Assembly (NCBI GenBank): GCA_032654565.1
Contig: JAULAX010000015.1
Location: forward strand, 352,001 to 416,000
DNA length: 64,000 nt
Source of the DNA: Anaeromyxobacteraceae bacterium
GTDB taxonomy: Bacteria > Myxococcota > Myxococcia > Myxococcales > Anaeromyxobacteraceae
Direction: 5' to 3'
Under the pieces are notes generated by a model. It was given only the letters and a program-made list of their open reading frames with translations, was not told the DNA's origin and searched no databases. Positions within the stretch are counted from its first letter, which is position 1; each line of letters starts with the position of its first letter. Shown here one piece after another: positions 48,648 to 59,133 of this stretch. The position numbers and the translations under genes are program-made.

Positions 48648-51600
48648 TCAGCCTCCCTTCCCGGCCATGGCCCGGCGGACCTCGCCGATGAAGCGGCCGT
48701 GGTTGAACTCCGACTTCTCCATCACGCCCTTGACGACGTGGTTGAGCCGGACCCGGTCCTCGGGCGTCACCTGCTTGGCGGTGACCACGATGATGGGGAG
48801 GCTGGCGGTGGCGGCGTCGCGCTTCAGGGCCTCCACCACCTCGAAGCCGCTCACCTCGGGCATCATCAGGTCGAGCACGATCAGGTCGGGCCGCTGCGCC
48901 CGCGCCACCTCGATCCCCTCCAGCCCGCCGTAGGCCGAGAGGATGCGGAACCCGGCCGCCATCAGGTAGGCGCCGAAGAGCTGGACCGCCTTGGGGTCGT
49001 CGTCGATCACCAGAACGGTGCGCCCCGCCCCGCCCTGGCTGGCGGGGAAGCCGACGGCGTCCAGGGCCCGGAGCAGCGCCACCCGCTCGACCGGCTTCTG
49101 CAGCACGTGGCTGGCGCCCAGCGAGAGGCCGCGCCCCTTGTCGGCGACGATCGAGATGATGACCACCGGGACCTCGGCGAACTGCGGGAAGGCCTTGAAG
49201 CGCTCCAGGAACTCCCAGCCGTCCATGCCCGGCAGCATGATGTCGAGGGTGATCAGGTCCGGCCGCTCCAGCGCGGCCTGGGCCAGGCCGGCCTCGGCGG
49301 TGGCGGCGCGCACCACCCGGAAGCCGCCGCCGGAGAGCTGCAGCCTGAGCAGCTCGGCCGACTTGTCGTCGTCCTCGATGACCAGCGCCAGGGGGAGCCG
49401 GGCGTCCGGCGTGACGGTGGCGGTGGAGGTCGTCACCCTGATCATCGGCGGCGCCACCGGCTCGCTGGCGGACGGCCGGTTGGCCTCGGTGTACCAGGGC
49501 AGCCAGACCGTGAAGGTCGAGCCCTGGCCCGGCGCGCTCTTCAGCCCCACGGTCCCGCCGTGCAGCTCGGCCAGCCGCTTCACCATCACCAGGCCGAGCC
49601 CGGTCCCCTCGTAGCGGCGCGACAGCGTGCTGTCGATCTGCGTGAAGGGCTGGAAGAGCCGGGCCTGGTCGGCCTCGGCGATGCCGATGCCGGTGTCGCT
49701 CACCGCCACCTCCAGGTACTGCTCGAAGCGGCCGTCGGGCACCGCCGCGCGCCCCACCCGGCGCACCGCCAGGCGCACCTCGCCCCCCTCGGGCGTGAAC
49801 TTCACGGCGTTGGAGAGCAGGTTGTAGAGCACCTGCTTCACCTTGCGCACGTCCAGCCAGGCCTCGCCGAGGTCGCCCGGCGCGTCGGCCACCAGGCGGA
49901 CCCGCTGGCCCAGCGCCTTCTCCCGCACCACCAGCAGGCTCCCCTCCACCAGCGCCGCCACCTGCAGCGGCTCCAGGTCGAGCGTCATCTTCCCGGCCTC
50001 CACCTTGGAGAGGTCGAGGATGTCGTTGATCAGCGAGAGCAGGTGGGTGCCGCTGGTGTAGATGTCGCCGATGTACTCCTTCTGCTTCGGGAGCACGTCC
50101 CCGGCCAGGCCGTCGCGGAGCACCTCGGAGAAGCCGATGATGGCGTTGAGCGGGGTGCGCAGCTCGTGGGACATGTTGGCGAGGAACTCCGACTTGGACC
50201 GGCTGGCCTCCTCGAGCTGCAGGTTCTTGACGGCGATCTCCTCGCCGCTGGCCCGGAGCTGCTCGGCCAGCAGCTTGAGATCGCTGTACTGCCGCATGTT
50301 GTCGAGCGCCACGCCGAGGGTGATGGCGAGGCGATCCAGGAAGGCCCGGTCGCCGTCGTCGAGCACCCGGCTGGTGGCCAGCACCAGCACGGCCAGCCGG
50401 CGGTTCTGGTAGCTGACCGGGATCATCAGCACCTGGGCCGGCGCGAAGTCGGCCAGCCCGGTCTGCAGCGTCAGCGTGGCGCAGTCGAGCAGCGTGGTCT
50501 GCCCCGCCTTGGCCGCCTGCCCCAGCAGCCCCTCGCCCAGCGAGAACTCGCGCAGGGTCTCGCCGCCCAGGCCGTGCGAGGCCTCGCGGGTGAAGGTGCC
50601 CTTCCACTCGTCGAAGCCGTAGAGCGCCGAGGCCGGGATGGGGTGCAGCTCGGCCAGCAGCGCCAGCAGCCCTTCGAGGATCTTCTGCCGGTCGAAGCTG
50701 GCGGCGAAGAGGGCCACCGCCCGGCCCTGGGTCTCGTCGAAGCGGGCGGTGGAGCGCAGCTGCCGCTCGGTGCGCTTGAAGGCGGTCACGTCGACGTTGA
50801 CGGCCAGGCCGCCGACCACGCTGCCGGCCGCGTCGCGCAGCGGCATGGCGTGGCTGGAGATGGTCTTGCGGGTGCCGTCGAAGCAGGCGATGTCCACCTG
50901 CTCGTCGCGGATGGTCTCGCCGCTCCGGAGCGCGCGGGCCAGCGCCCACTCCTCGGCGGCCAGCCGCCTGCCGCTCTCCGGCCACCAGCCGGCCAGCTCG
51001 GCCCCGTCGCCGATGCCGTCGGCGGGGTGGGCCCCTCCCCAGATGGCCCGCGCCGCGGGGTTGACCTGGGTGTACCTCCCGACCGCGTCGGCGACGAAGA
51101 CCCCCACCGGCAGCAGCTCCAGGACCTGGCCGAGCAGCCGGCTCTCGTGCAGGGCGTCGTCGGTGGTCTGCCGCTCGCCGCCGGCGCGGCGCACCCGCCA
51201 CCAGAGCAGCACCAGGCCGGCCAGGGCCAGCGCCACCAGCAGCGAGCCCACCGCCATGGCCTGGGTGGCGTTCTGCTGGGCGCGGTCGCTGCGCTCCTGG
51301 AGCAGGCTCCGCTCCTCCGCCTCCATGGCCTTGACCTGCTCGAGCGTCGCCAGCATGGCGGCGCGGGGCTCGCCGGCGCTGATCCGCTCGATGGCCGCCT
51401 TGAGCCCCTGGGTGCGGTAGGTCTCCAGGGTCTGGTCCATGAGCCTGATCCGCTCCTCGGCGCTGCGGGCCAGCGCGGCGGCGCGGAGCTGCTGGCGGGG
51501 GTTGTCCTCGGTGAGCAGCCCGATCCGGGCCAGGGCCGCCCGGACCAGGCTCCCCTCCTGCTCGTGCTGCTGCAGGAAGACCGCCTGGCCGGTGAGGATG

Positions 51601-51806
51601 TAGGAGCGCTGGCCGCTCTCCATCTCGCGGAGACCGGAGCGCACGTCGCCGAGCGCGTCGAGCACCTGGTAGGAGTGGGCCACCCAGGCGGAGGTCTCCA
51701 CGTACCCGCTGAGGGACCGGTACATCTGCCCGCCGGCCAGCAGGAGCAGCAACAGGGCGCCGGCGAAGCCGCCGACGACGCGGTACTCGATGCTCAGCCT
51801 CTTCAT
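48648..51806 (-). CDS. Hybrid sensor histidine kinase (CHASE3-PAS-GAF-HisKA-HATPase-REC-REC)
   Basis: WVAHSYQV..ESGQRSYILTG CHASE3, FLANMSHELRTPL, NLLSNAVKFT, GTGLGL, two receiver domains. Confidence 0.93.
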   Translation of the reverse strand: MKRLSIEYRVVGGFAGALLLLLLAGGQMYRSLSGYVETSAWVAHSYQVLDALGDVRSGLREMESGQRSYILTGQAVFLQQHEQEGSLVRAALARIGLLTEDNPRQQLRAAALARSAEERIRLMDQTLETYRTQGLKAAIERISAGEPRAAMLATLEQVKAMEAEERSLLQERSDRAQQNATQAMAVGSLLVALALAGLVLLWWRVRRAGGERQTTDDALHESRLLGQVLELLPVGVFVADAVGRYTQVNPAARAIWGGAHPADGIGDGAELAGWWPESGRRLAAEEWALARALRSGETIRDEQVDIACFDGTRKTISSHAMPLRDAAGSVVGGLAVNVDVTAFKRTERQLRSTARFDETQGRAVALFAASFDRQKILEGLLALLAELHPIPASALYGFDEWKGTFTREASHGLGGETLREFSLGEGLLGQAAKAGQTTLLDCATLTLQTGLADFAPAQVLMIPVSYQNRRLAVLVLATSRVLDDGDRAFLDRLAITLGVALDNMRQYSDLKLLAEQLRASGEEIAVKNLQLEEASRSKSEFLANMSHELRTPLNAIIGFSEVLRDGLAGDVLPKQKEYIGDIYTSGTHLLSLINDILDLSKVEAGKMTLDLEPLQVAALVEGSLLVVREKALGQRVRLVADAPGDLGEAWLDVRKVKQVLYNLLSNAVKFTPEGGEVRLAVRRVGRAAVPDGRFEQYLEVAVSDTGIGIAEADQARLFQPFTQIDSTLSRRYEGTGLGLVMVKRLAELHGGTVGLKSAPGQGSTFTVWLPWYTEANRPSASEPVAPPMIRVTTSTATVTPDARLPLALVIEDDDKSAELLRLQLSGGGFRVVRAATAEAGLAQAALERPDLITLDIMLPGMDGWEFLERFKAFPQFAEVPVVIISIVADKGRGLSLGASHVLQKPVERVALLRALDAVGFPASQGGAGRTVLVIDDDPKAVQLFGAYLMAAGFRILSAYGGLEGIEVARAQRPDLIVLDLMMPEVSGFEVVEALKRDAATASLPIIVVTAKQVTPEDRVRLNHVVKGVMEKSEFNHGRFIGEVRRAMAGKGG

Positions 51807-51874
51807 GGAGCGTCCCCCCGGGATGGCGGGGACCGTAGCACCCCCCAACCGGGACGGCGGTCACGGGCCGGCCG

Positions 51875-52297
51875 TCACTTGGGGGGCGAGCTCGGCGCGG
51901 CGTGCTTCGCGGTGGCCAGCAGGTCGCGAACCCGGGTCGTGAGGTCGGCGCGGACGATGGGCTTGCTCAGGAAGCCCTCGGCGCCGCTGGCGACGGCCCG
52001 CCGCCTCGCGGGCAGGTCGTCGAGCGCCGTCACCATCATCACCGGGATCGACGAGGTGCGGGGATCGGCCTTGAGCCGGGCCAGGGTCTCGAAGCCGTCC
52101 AGGTCCGGCATCATGGCGTCGAGCAGGACCAGGTCCGGCCGCGTCGAGGCCGCCAGCAGGAGCGCCTCCATGCCGCTCATGGCGGCGACGGTGGCGTAGC
52201 CCTCGGCCCCCAGGAACGCCTCCAGCAGCTTGACGTTGGGTGCGCCGTCGTCGACGACGAGGATGGTGGTGGTCCGGGGTGGCGCGTCGGCTGGCAC
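51875..52297 (-). CDS. Single-domain response regulator
   Basis: ILVVDD, LLDAMMPDLDG, MVTA, SKP. Confidence 0.88.
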   Translation of the reverse strand: MPADAPPRTTTILVVDDGAPNVKLLEAFLGAEGYATVAAMSGMEALLLAASTRPDLVLLDAMMPDLDGFETLARLKADPRTSSIPVMMVTALDDLPARRRAVASGAEGFLSKPIVRADLTTRVRDLLATAKHAAPSSPPK

Positions 52298-52561
52298 CCG
52301 GCCAGACTAGCACCCGGCCGCGGGGGGAGCCCGGAGCGCGACCCGGCGTCGCGTCCCGGGAGCTGGCGTCCCGGGGAGGCCGCGTCCCGGGGGTCGATCG
52401 GGCGACGCGGACCCGGCGTTGCGTGCGACCTTTGGTCGCATCCGGCACCTCAGTGAAAGCGGCCGCTTACACCCCGCGAGTCGCACTCGCCGTGCGTGGA
52501 GTGTCCTGCGTACATTGCCCCCATGTCCGTGCTCAGGGTAAACCTCCCTTTCCGCACCGCC

Positions 52562-53014
52562 ATGATCAACCGCATCCTCATCCTCTGCACCGGCAACATC
52601 TGCCGAAGCCCCATGGCCGAGGCCCTGCTGCGCGCCCGGGCCGGCGCCCACCGCCCCTCCGTGGTGGTCGAGTCGGCCGGCCTGGCCGCCCCGGTGGGGC
52701 GCCCCGCCGATCCACTCGCCGTCACGCTGCTGGCCGGCCGCGGGCTCGACCTCTCCGCCCACCGCTCCCGCCAGCTCACCCCGGCCATGCTGGCCGCGGC
52801 CGACCTGGTGCTGGTGATGGACACCGCGCAGCAGCACCACCTGGAGCGGCTCTCGCCCGCCTCCCGCGGCCGCGTCCACCGGCTGGGGCGCTTCGGCGAC
52901 TTCGACATCCCCGATCCGTACCGGCGCGGCCTCCCGGCCTTCGAGCGATCGCTGCAGCTCATCGAGACCGGCCTCGGCGGCTTCGAGCGGCTGCTCTGGG
53001 CGGGGGCGGCGTGA
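52562..53014 (+). CDS. wzb: Low-molecular-weight protein tyrosine phosphatase
   Basis: CTGNICRSPMAE and DIPDPY. Confidence 0.93.
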   Translation: MINRILILCTGNICRSPMAEALLRARAGAHRPSVVVESAGLAAPVGRPADPLAVTLLAGRGLDLSAHRSRQLTPAMLAAADLVLVMDTAQQHHLERLSPASRGRVHRLGRFGDFDIPDPYRRGLPAFERSLQLIETGLGGFERLLWAGAA

Positions 53015-54144
53015 TCCGCCGGCAGGTCACGGGCGCCCTGGCCTCGCTGGCCGGGCTGCTGGCGCTCGGCGCCTCCGGCTGCGCCGCGGTCGGCCCCGGC
53101 ATGCACGTCTCCGGCTCGGCGGTGGAGGCGCGCGGCACCGAGAAGGCGCCCATCACCATCACCGAGCTCTCGCCGGCGCTGCTCACCGCCCAGGCCGAGG
53201 CCCGGGCCCGCGCCGCCACCACCCGGCCGCGCGATCCCCAGGCCGGCCAGCCGGGCCCGTACCTCTACCGGATCGCCCCGCACGACATCCTCTCGGTCAC
53301 GGTCTGGGACCACCCCGAGCTGACCATCCCGGCCGGCGAGTACCGCGCCGCCGACCTGGCCGGCAACGTGGTGCAGGGCGACGGCACCGTCTTCTACCCG
53401 CACGTCGGCGTGGTCGAGGTGGCCGGCCGCACCCTCCCGGAGATCCGCGCCCTCTTCACGCAGCGGCTCAAGAAGTGGGTGGAGAACCCGCAGCTCGACG
53501 TCCGGGTGGTCGGCTACCGCGGCCAGAAGGTGCAGGTGAGCGGCGAGGTGGTGCAGCCCTCCACCGTGCCCATCACCGACGTGCCGCTGCGGGTGCAGGA
53601 CGCCATCGCCCAGGCCAAGGGGCTCGGCCCGGCGGCCTGGCCGCGCGGCCTGACCCTGACCCGCGGCGGCGTGGTCCACGCCCTCGACCTGCAGGCGGCG
53701 TACGCCGAGGGCGACCGCTCGCAGGACTGGCTGCTGCAGGACGGCGACCTGCTCCACGTGCCGTCGCGCGAGCAGCACAAGGTCTTCGTGCTCGGCGAGG
53801 TCCGCAAGCCCTCCTCCAAGGTGATGGTGCGCGGCGCCATGAGCCTGGCCGAGGCCATCGGCGACTCGGAGGGCTTCGACCCGCTGAGCGCCAACCCCGG
53901 CGCCGTCTACGTCTTCCGCGGCCGCTACGAGGCCCCCAGCGTCTACCGGCTCGACGCCTCCAACGCCGACGCCCTGCTGCTGGCGGTGCAGTTCCAGCTC
54001 GAGCCGCTCGACGTGGTCTACGTGGCCGCCACCCGGCTGACCGACTGGAACCGGCTGGTGCAGCAGGTGCTCCCCACCATCCAGGGGCTCTGGCAGTCGG
54101 TGGATCTCGGCAACCGCGCCGCCACCGCCGTGCGGGGGAACTGA
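53011..54144 (+). CDS. wza: Polysaccharide export outer-membrane lipoprotein
   Basis: Lipobox ASGC, YRIAPHDILSVTVWDHPEL, SLBB domains, WNRLVQQVLPT. Confidence 0.92.
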   Translation: MIRRQVTGALASLAGLLALGASGCAAVGPGMHVSGSAVEARGTEKAPITITELSPALLTAQAEARARAATTRPRDPQAGQPGPYLYRIAPHDILSVTVWDHPELTIPAGEYRAADLAGNVVQGDGTVFYPHVGVVEVAGRTLPEIRALFTQRLKKWVENPQLDVRVVGYRGQKVQVSGEVVQPSTVPITDVPLRVQDAIAQAKGLGPAAWPRGLTLTRGGVVHALDLQAAYAEGDRSQDWLLQDGDLLHVPSREQHKVFVLGEVRKPSSKVMVRGAMSLAEAIGDSEGFDPLSANPGAVYVFRGRYEAPSVYRLDASNADALLLAVQFQLEPLDVVYVAATRLTDWNRLVQQVLPTIQGLWQSVDLGNRAATAVRGN

Positions 54145-54145
54145 C

Positions 54146-56347
54146 GTGACGCCCACCCCGCTGCCGCAGCCCCAGCCCGCCTGGGAGGCCGAGCCGCCCG
54201 GCGACCAGGTGGACCTGGCCGAGTACCTCCACCTGGTGCTCGACGCCCGCTGGCTGGTGGCGGCGTCGGTGGCCGTGGCCGTGGCCCTCGGCGGCGCCTG
54301 GGCCCTGCTGGCCACCCCGGTCTACCGCTCCGACGTGCTCATCCAGGTGGAGGAGAAGAAGGCCGGCATGGGGGCGCTCGGCGAGATCGCCGGGATGTTC
54401 GGCGACTCCTCCACCCCTGCCGAGACCGAGATCGAGATCCTGCGCTCGCGCACCGTGGCCGGCGCCGTGGTGGACGCGCTGCGGCTCGACGTCACCGCCG
54501 AGCCGAGGCGGCTGCCGATCATCGGCCGCGCCCTGGCCCGCAACCACCAGGGCGGCGGGCTGGCCTCGGCGCCCCCCGGCCTGGGGCGCTGGGGCTGGGG
54601 CGGCGAGCGGCTCCGCGTCGAGCGGCTGGAGGTGCCGGCGCCGCTGCTCGGCGAGCCGCTGGCGCTGGTGGCGGGCGTGGGCGGCCGCTTCGAGCTGCTC
54701 GGACCGGACGCCGGCACGCTCGGCGGCGGGCTGGTCGGCGTGGCGCTCAGCGCCGGCGGCGTCGAGCTGCTGGTGTCCGAGCTGCGCGCTCGCCCCGGCA
54801 CCCGCTTCGTGGTGACCCGGCAGAGCCGCGAGGCGGCCGTGGCGGCGCTGCAGGAGAAGCTGCAGGTGGGCGAGAAGGGGAAGAAGACCGGCATCATCGT
54901 GGCCTCGCTGGAGGGGCCGGACCCGGAGATGATCGCCGCCGTCCTCGACGCCGTGGCCACCGCCTACCAGCGCCAGAACGTGGAGCGCAAGAGCGCCGAG
55001 GCCGGCAAGACGCTGACCTTCCTGGAGACCCAGCTGCCGCTGGTCCGCGCCGGGCTGGAGACCGCCGAGCGCGAGCTGGAGCGCTACCGCACCGTCAAGG
55101 GCGGGCTCGAGGTCAGCCTGGCGGCGCAGGCGGTGGTGGCCCGCTCGGTGGAGGTGGAGAAGGCCGCCTCCGAGCTGCAGGTGGAGTACGCCGCGCTCCG
55201 CCAGCGCTTCACCGACACCCACCCGGCGCTGCTGGCGCTGCGCGACAAGCTGCGCCGGCTGGACGGCGAGCGGGCCCTGATCGGCGAGCGGCTCAAGCTG
55301 CTGCCCGAGGCCGAGCTGGAGAGCGCCCGGCGGCTGCGCGACGTCAAGGTGGCCAACGAGCTCTACCTGTCGCTGCTCAACCGGGCCCAGGAGCTGAAGG
55401 TGGTCAAGGAGGGGACGCTCGGCAACGTCCGCGTCCTCGACCCCGCCCTCCACGCCGACAAGCCGGTCTCGCCCCGCCGCGCCCAGGCGCTGCTGCTCTC
55501 GCTCTTCCTCGGGCTGGCCGGCGGCCTCGGGCTGGCCTTCGCCCGGCGCGCCCTCGACCAGGGGGTGGTGGACCCCGACCGGCTGGAGCGGGCCACCGGC
55601 ATCCCCATCTTCGCCCACGTGCCCTACAGCAAGCTGGAGGCGGGGCGCGCCACCGAGACCCAGCCCCCCGGCGCGGTGCAGCTGCTGGCGGCGGCCGACC
55701 CCCGCGACCTGGCCGTGGAGAGCCTGCGCAGCCTGCGCACCGCGCTGCTCTTCGCGCTGGTGGAGACCGGCAGCAAGGTGGTGGCGGTGGGCGGCCCGGC
55801 CCCCGGCGTCGGCAAGTCCTTCGTGATCGCCAACCTGGCCCACCTGCTGGCCGAGTCGGGCAAGCGGGTGGTGATCGTGGACTGCGACCTGCGCCGCGGC
55901 ACGCTCCACCGCGTCTTCGGCCAGCGGCGCGGCCTCGGGCTGGCCGACGTCATCGCCGGCCTGCCGCTGGAGGAGGCGCTGCGCCCCACCGGCCAGCCCC
56001 TGCTCGGCCTGCTCACCAGCGGCACCCTGCCGCCCAACCCGGCCGAGCTGCTCTCCAGCGAGCGGCTGGCCCGGCTGGTGGCGCTGCTCTCCGACCGCTA
56101 CGACCTGGTGCTGCTCGACACCCCGCCGGTGCTGGCGGTCACCGACGCGGTGCTGGTGGCCGGCCACGCCGGCGTCAACCTGCTGGTGGCCCGCTCCGGC
56201 GCCCACCCCATGCGCGAGCTGCTGGCGGCGGTCCGCCAGCTGGGGCGCGGGGGGATCCGCGTCAACGGCTTCGTGCTCAACGCCGTGCAGCTCGACCGCG
56301 GCCTGGGGCGGCGCAGCGCCTATCACTACCAGTACAAGTACGAGTGA
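54146..56347 (+). CDS. wzc: Wzc/Etk tyrosine autokinase
   Basis: EIEILRSR, ESLRSLRT, GPAPGVGKS, DCDLRRG, LDTPP, AYHYQYKYE tail. Confidence 0.93.
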   Translation: MTPTPLPQPQPAWEAEPPGDQVDLAEYLHLVLDARWLVAASVAVAVALGGAWALLATPVYRSDVLIQVEEKKAGMGALGEIAGMFGDSSTPAETEIEILRSRTVAGAVVDALRLDVTAEPRRLPIIGRALARNHQGGGLASAPPGLGRWGWGGERLRVERLEVPAPLLGEPLALVAGVGGRFELLGPDAGTLGGGLVGVALSAGGVELLVSELRARPGTRFVVTRQSREAAVAALQEKLQVGEKGKKTGIIVASLEGPDPEMIAAVLDAVATAYQRQNVERKSAEAGKTLTFLETQLPLVRAGLETAERELERYRTVKGGLEVSLAAQAVVARSVEVEKAASELQVEYAALRQRFTDTHPALLALRDKLRRLDGERALIGERLKLLPEAELESARRLRDVKVANELYLSLLNRAQELKVVKEGTLGNVRVLDPALHADKPVSPRRAQALLLSLFLGLAGGLGLAFARRALDQGVVDPDRLERATGIPIFAHVPYSKLEAGRATETQPPGAVQLLAAADPRDLAVESLRSLRTALLFALVETGSKVVAVGGPAPGVGKSFVIANLAHLLAESGKRVVIVDCDLRRGTLHRVFGQRRGLGLADVIAGLPLEEALRPTGQPLLGLLTSGTLPPNPAELLSSERLARLVALLSDRYDLVLLDTPPVLAVTDAVLVAGHAGVNLLVARSGAHPMRELLAAVRQLGRGGIRVNGFVLNAVQLDRGLGRRSAYHYQYKYE

Positions 56348-57882
56348 GGCCAGGCCAGCTGCAGCCCGCCCTTCCAGTTCGGCTCGTTGCGCTGGAAGTC
56401 ACGGTTCCAGCGGAAGGCCAGCCCCAGCTCCAGCGAGGCCTCCAGCTCGCCGAGCCGCAGCAGCTGCCGGTACCCGGCCGCCACCTCCACGTCGTGGTCG
56501 CTGCTGCGCCCCGGCAGCGGGTCGATGCGGCTCCAGTAGACCTCCTCGTTGCGGGCGGTCCGCTCCAAAAAGCCGCCCACCCGGCCGGCGGCGGTGAGCA
56601 GGTCCACCGCCAGCCGCTGGGTGTCGCCCCCGGGGCCGACCGCGGCCCCCAGCAGCTGGCCGGCGTGGGTGTAGTCCACGCCGCTGCCGTGCGTGTAGAA
56701 GCTGGGCAGGCCGGACGGCGAGGCCGGTGGCCGGACGTCGTGCAGGCGGGCGGCCTCCAGCTGCACCCGCACCGTCCGGGCCCCGGCCCGCAGCAGCTTC
56801 TGGAACCCCGCCACCCAGCCCTGGGTCCGCCCCGGGTCGCGCAGCGTGGCCTCCAGGCTGGCCGCCCCGTCGTCGCGGGCCCACTCCCCGTAGAGCTCGA
56901 AGCCGGCCTCGGGCATGACCCAGCGGAACCAGCCGGTCACCACCTGGTTGTTCTCCGGCAGGTTGCCGCCGGGGATCAGCCGGCCGAACGGCCCGGCCAG
57001 GATCGAGAGCCCGTGGTTGCGCCGCAGGCTGGCGGCCGTCTCCACGAAGGCCCGGCCGCCGCCGAGGGTGAGGCCGGGGACCCAGCGCGGCTGCCAGGTG
57101 AGGACCAGCGCCGAGAACCACGGGTGGCCGCCGGCGGAGGCGAGGAAGCGCGAGCGGTCGAGCCGGCCCCAGAGCGCCAGCGCCTCCAGGGCGCCGAGCG
57201 GCGTCTCCACGGGCCTCGCGGTGCCGAGGAAGGCGTGCGGGAAGCCGGGCGCGTTGTCGGTGAGCAGCATGGCGTTGCGCAGCCCGGGGCCGAGCCAGAG
57301 GTTCTCGGTGGAGAGGCCGACCGCCGCGCCCCAGGCGTCCACCCGCAGGTAGCTCTGGCCCAGGCTGGCGGTGGCGGAGGGGCCGGCGCCGAAGCGCTGC
57401 GGCACGTCGAGCCCGTCGCCGTACCAGGGGTTCTGGAAGGCGCGGGCCCCGGCCTGGCCGGTGGGCACGGTCTCGAACCAGCGGTTCTGCTGCCAGGCCA
57501 GCTCCGGCGCCAGCGCCGCCGAGACCACCCCCCAGCGCCCGGCCACGCCGGCCCGCAGCCGCGTGGAGAGGCCGCGCCCGGCCACCTGCAGCCCGTCGTT
57601 GCCGCCGGAGGGGTACTGGCTGTTCCAGGTGGAGTCGAGGCGGGCCGGCAGGAGCACGCCGACGCGGTCGTCGCACCCGGGCTGCAGCTCGACGCCGCCT
57701 CGCCGGATGGCCTGCGAGGTGACCGGCGCCTCGCCGGCCAGCTCGGCCAGGCGGGCCCGGTCCTCGTCGGTGGTGCCGAGGCCCTCGCGGAGCCGCGCGG
57801 TGCCGGGCGCGCAGGGCGGCGCCTCGGCGGCGGCCGGGCCGGCCAGGAGCGTCATCAGCAGGGCGGCGGCGTGGGGGCGCAT
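56326..57882 (-). CDS. wzi: Capsule assembly Wzi-family outer-membrane beta-barrel protein
   Basis: Signal peptide; STENLWLGPG.RNAMLLTDNAPGFPH motif; adjacent to wza-wzc. Confidence 0.75.
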   Translation of the reverse strand: MRPHAAALLMTLLAGPAAAEAPPCAPGTARLREGLGTTDEDRARLAELAGEAPVTSQAIRRGGVELQPGCDDRVGVLLPARLDSTWNSQYPSGGNDGLQVAGRGLSTRLRAGVAGRWGVVSAALAPELAWQQNRWFETVPTGQAGARAFQNPWYGDGLDVPQRFGAGPSATASLGQSYLRVDAWGAAVGLSTENLWLGPGLRNAMLLTDNAPGFPHAFLGTARPVETPLGALEALALWGRLDRSRFLASAGGHPWFSALVLTWQPRWVPGLTLGGGRAFVETAASLRRNHGLSILAGPFGRLIPGGNLPENNQVVTGWFRWVMPEAGFELYGEWARDDGAASLEATLRDPGRTQGWVAGFQKLLRAGARTVRVQLEAARLHDVRPPASPSGLPSFYTHGSGVDYTHAGQLLGAAVGPGGDTQRLAVDLLTAAGRVGGFLERTARNEEVYWSRIDPLPGRSSDHDVEVAAGYRQLLRLGELEASLELGLAFRWNRDFQRNEPNWKGGLQLAWPHSYLYW

Positions 57883-57953
57883 GTACCCGGCGAGGCTATG
57901 CGAGCGGGGCGCGCCGCGTCCAGCCGGCGGCGGTCGCTTGACGGGGGGTCCGG

Positions 57954-59117
57954 ATGAACTACGGGTTCGACGCCAAGCGGGCCTTCCAGAACACCACCGG
58001 GCTGGGGAACTACGCCCGCGACCTGCTCCGGATCCTGGCCCAGCGCCGCCCCGGCCACCGCTACCTGGCCTACGGCGCCGGGAAGGCGGGCGCGCCGGCC
58101 GGTGCGGGGGAGGGGCCGGCGGTGTGTCCGGTGAACGGCGGGGGCGACTGGCTGGTGCCTGGCCTGGAGCGGCGCGGCCCGGACACCACCTGGGGGCGCT
58201 GCCTGCCCCGCCTCTGGCGCCTCTGCGGGCTCACCGCGCAGCTCCGCCGCGACGGCGTCCAGCTCTTCCACGGCCTCTCCAACGAGCTGCCGCTCGGCCT
58301 GGAGCGGAGCGGCGTTCGCAGCGTGGTGACCATCCACGACCTGATCTTCGAGCGCTTCCCCGCCCTCTTCTCTCCCGTCGACCGCCGCCTCTACGCCTGG
58401 AAGTACCGCAGCGCCGTGGCCCGGGCCGACCGGATCATCGCCATCAGCGGGCAGACCCGGGACGATCTGGTGGAGCTCTACGGCGTGAACCCCTCGCGCA
58501 TCCGGGTGGTCCACCAGGGCTGCCGCCCGGCCTTCCAGGCTCCGCCGGCGCCCGGGGCCGACGACGAGGTGGCGCGCCGGCTCGACCTGCCGCCGCGGTT
58601 CCTGCTCTGCGTGGGGACGGTGGAGCGGCGCAAGAACCTGGAGCTGGTGGTGAAGGCGCTGCCCGGCCTCCCCGGCGTGCCGCTGCTGGTGGTGGGGCGG
58701 CAGACCGGCTACGCCGGCGAGGTGCGGGCGCTGGCGCGGCGGCTCGGCGTGGAGGACCGGCTCCGCTTCACCCGGACCGACTGCGCCGGGACGCTGGCGG
58801 CCCTCTACCGGCGCTGCACGGTGTCGGTCTACCCGTCGCGCTACGAGGGGTTCGGCATCCCCATCGTCGAGGCGCTCTTCTGCGGCGCCCCGGTGGTGAC
58901 CACGCCCGGCGGCGCATGCCAGGAGGCGGCCGGGCCGGGCGCGGGCTACGTGGGGCCGGACGACGTGGACGGGATGCGTGAGCTGCTGGCGGCGCTGCTG
59001 GCCGACGAGGGGCGGCGCGCCGAGATGAGCGCCGCCGGCCGCCGCCACGCCCGGCGGTTCGAGGACGAGGCGATCGCCGAAGGACTGGACGCGGTCTACC
59101 GCGAGCTGGTCGGGTAG
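57954..59117 (+). CDS. GT4 glycosyltransferase (MtfB-like)
   Basis: TGLGNY, VTIHDL, GTVERRKN, YPSRYEGFGIPIVEA. Confidence 0.9.
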   Translation: MNYGFDAKRAFQNTTGLGNYARDLLRILAQRRPGHRYLAYGAGKAGAPAGAGEGPAVCPVNGGGDWLVPGLERRGPDTTWGRCLPRLWRLCGLTAQLRRDGVQLFHGLSNELPLGLERSGVRSVVTIHDLIFERFPALFSPVDRRLYAWKYRSAVARADRIIAISGQTRDDLVELYGVNPSRIRVVHQGCRPAFQAPPAPGADDEVARRLDLPPRFLLCVGTVERRKNLELVVKALPGLPGVPLLVVGRQTGYAGEVRALARRLGVEDRLRFTRTDCAGTLAALYRRCTVSVYPSRYEGFGIPIVEALFCGAPVVTTPGGACQEAAGPGAGYVGPDDVDGMRELLAALLADEGRRAEMSAAGRRHARRFEDEAIAEGLDAVYRELVG

Positions 59118-59133
59118 GGCGGGGCGCGCTCGG

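Noticed and set aside
48336..52199. Long antisense or alternate-frame ORFs (e.g. 48336-52199, 12782-15952, 26346-28463, 53573-56326)
   Set aside because: Shadow ORFs expected at very high GC; they overlap well-supported genes and have no motifs
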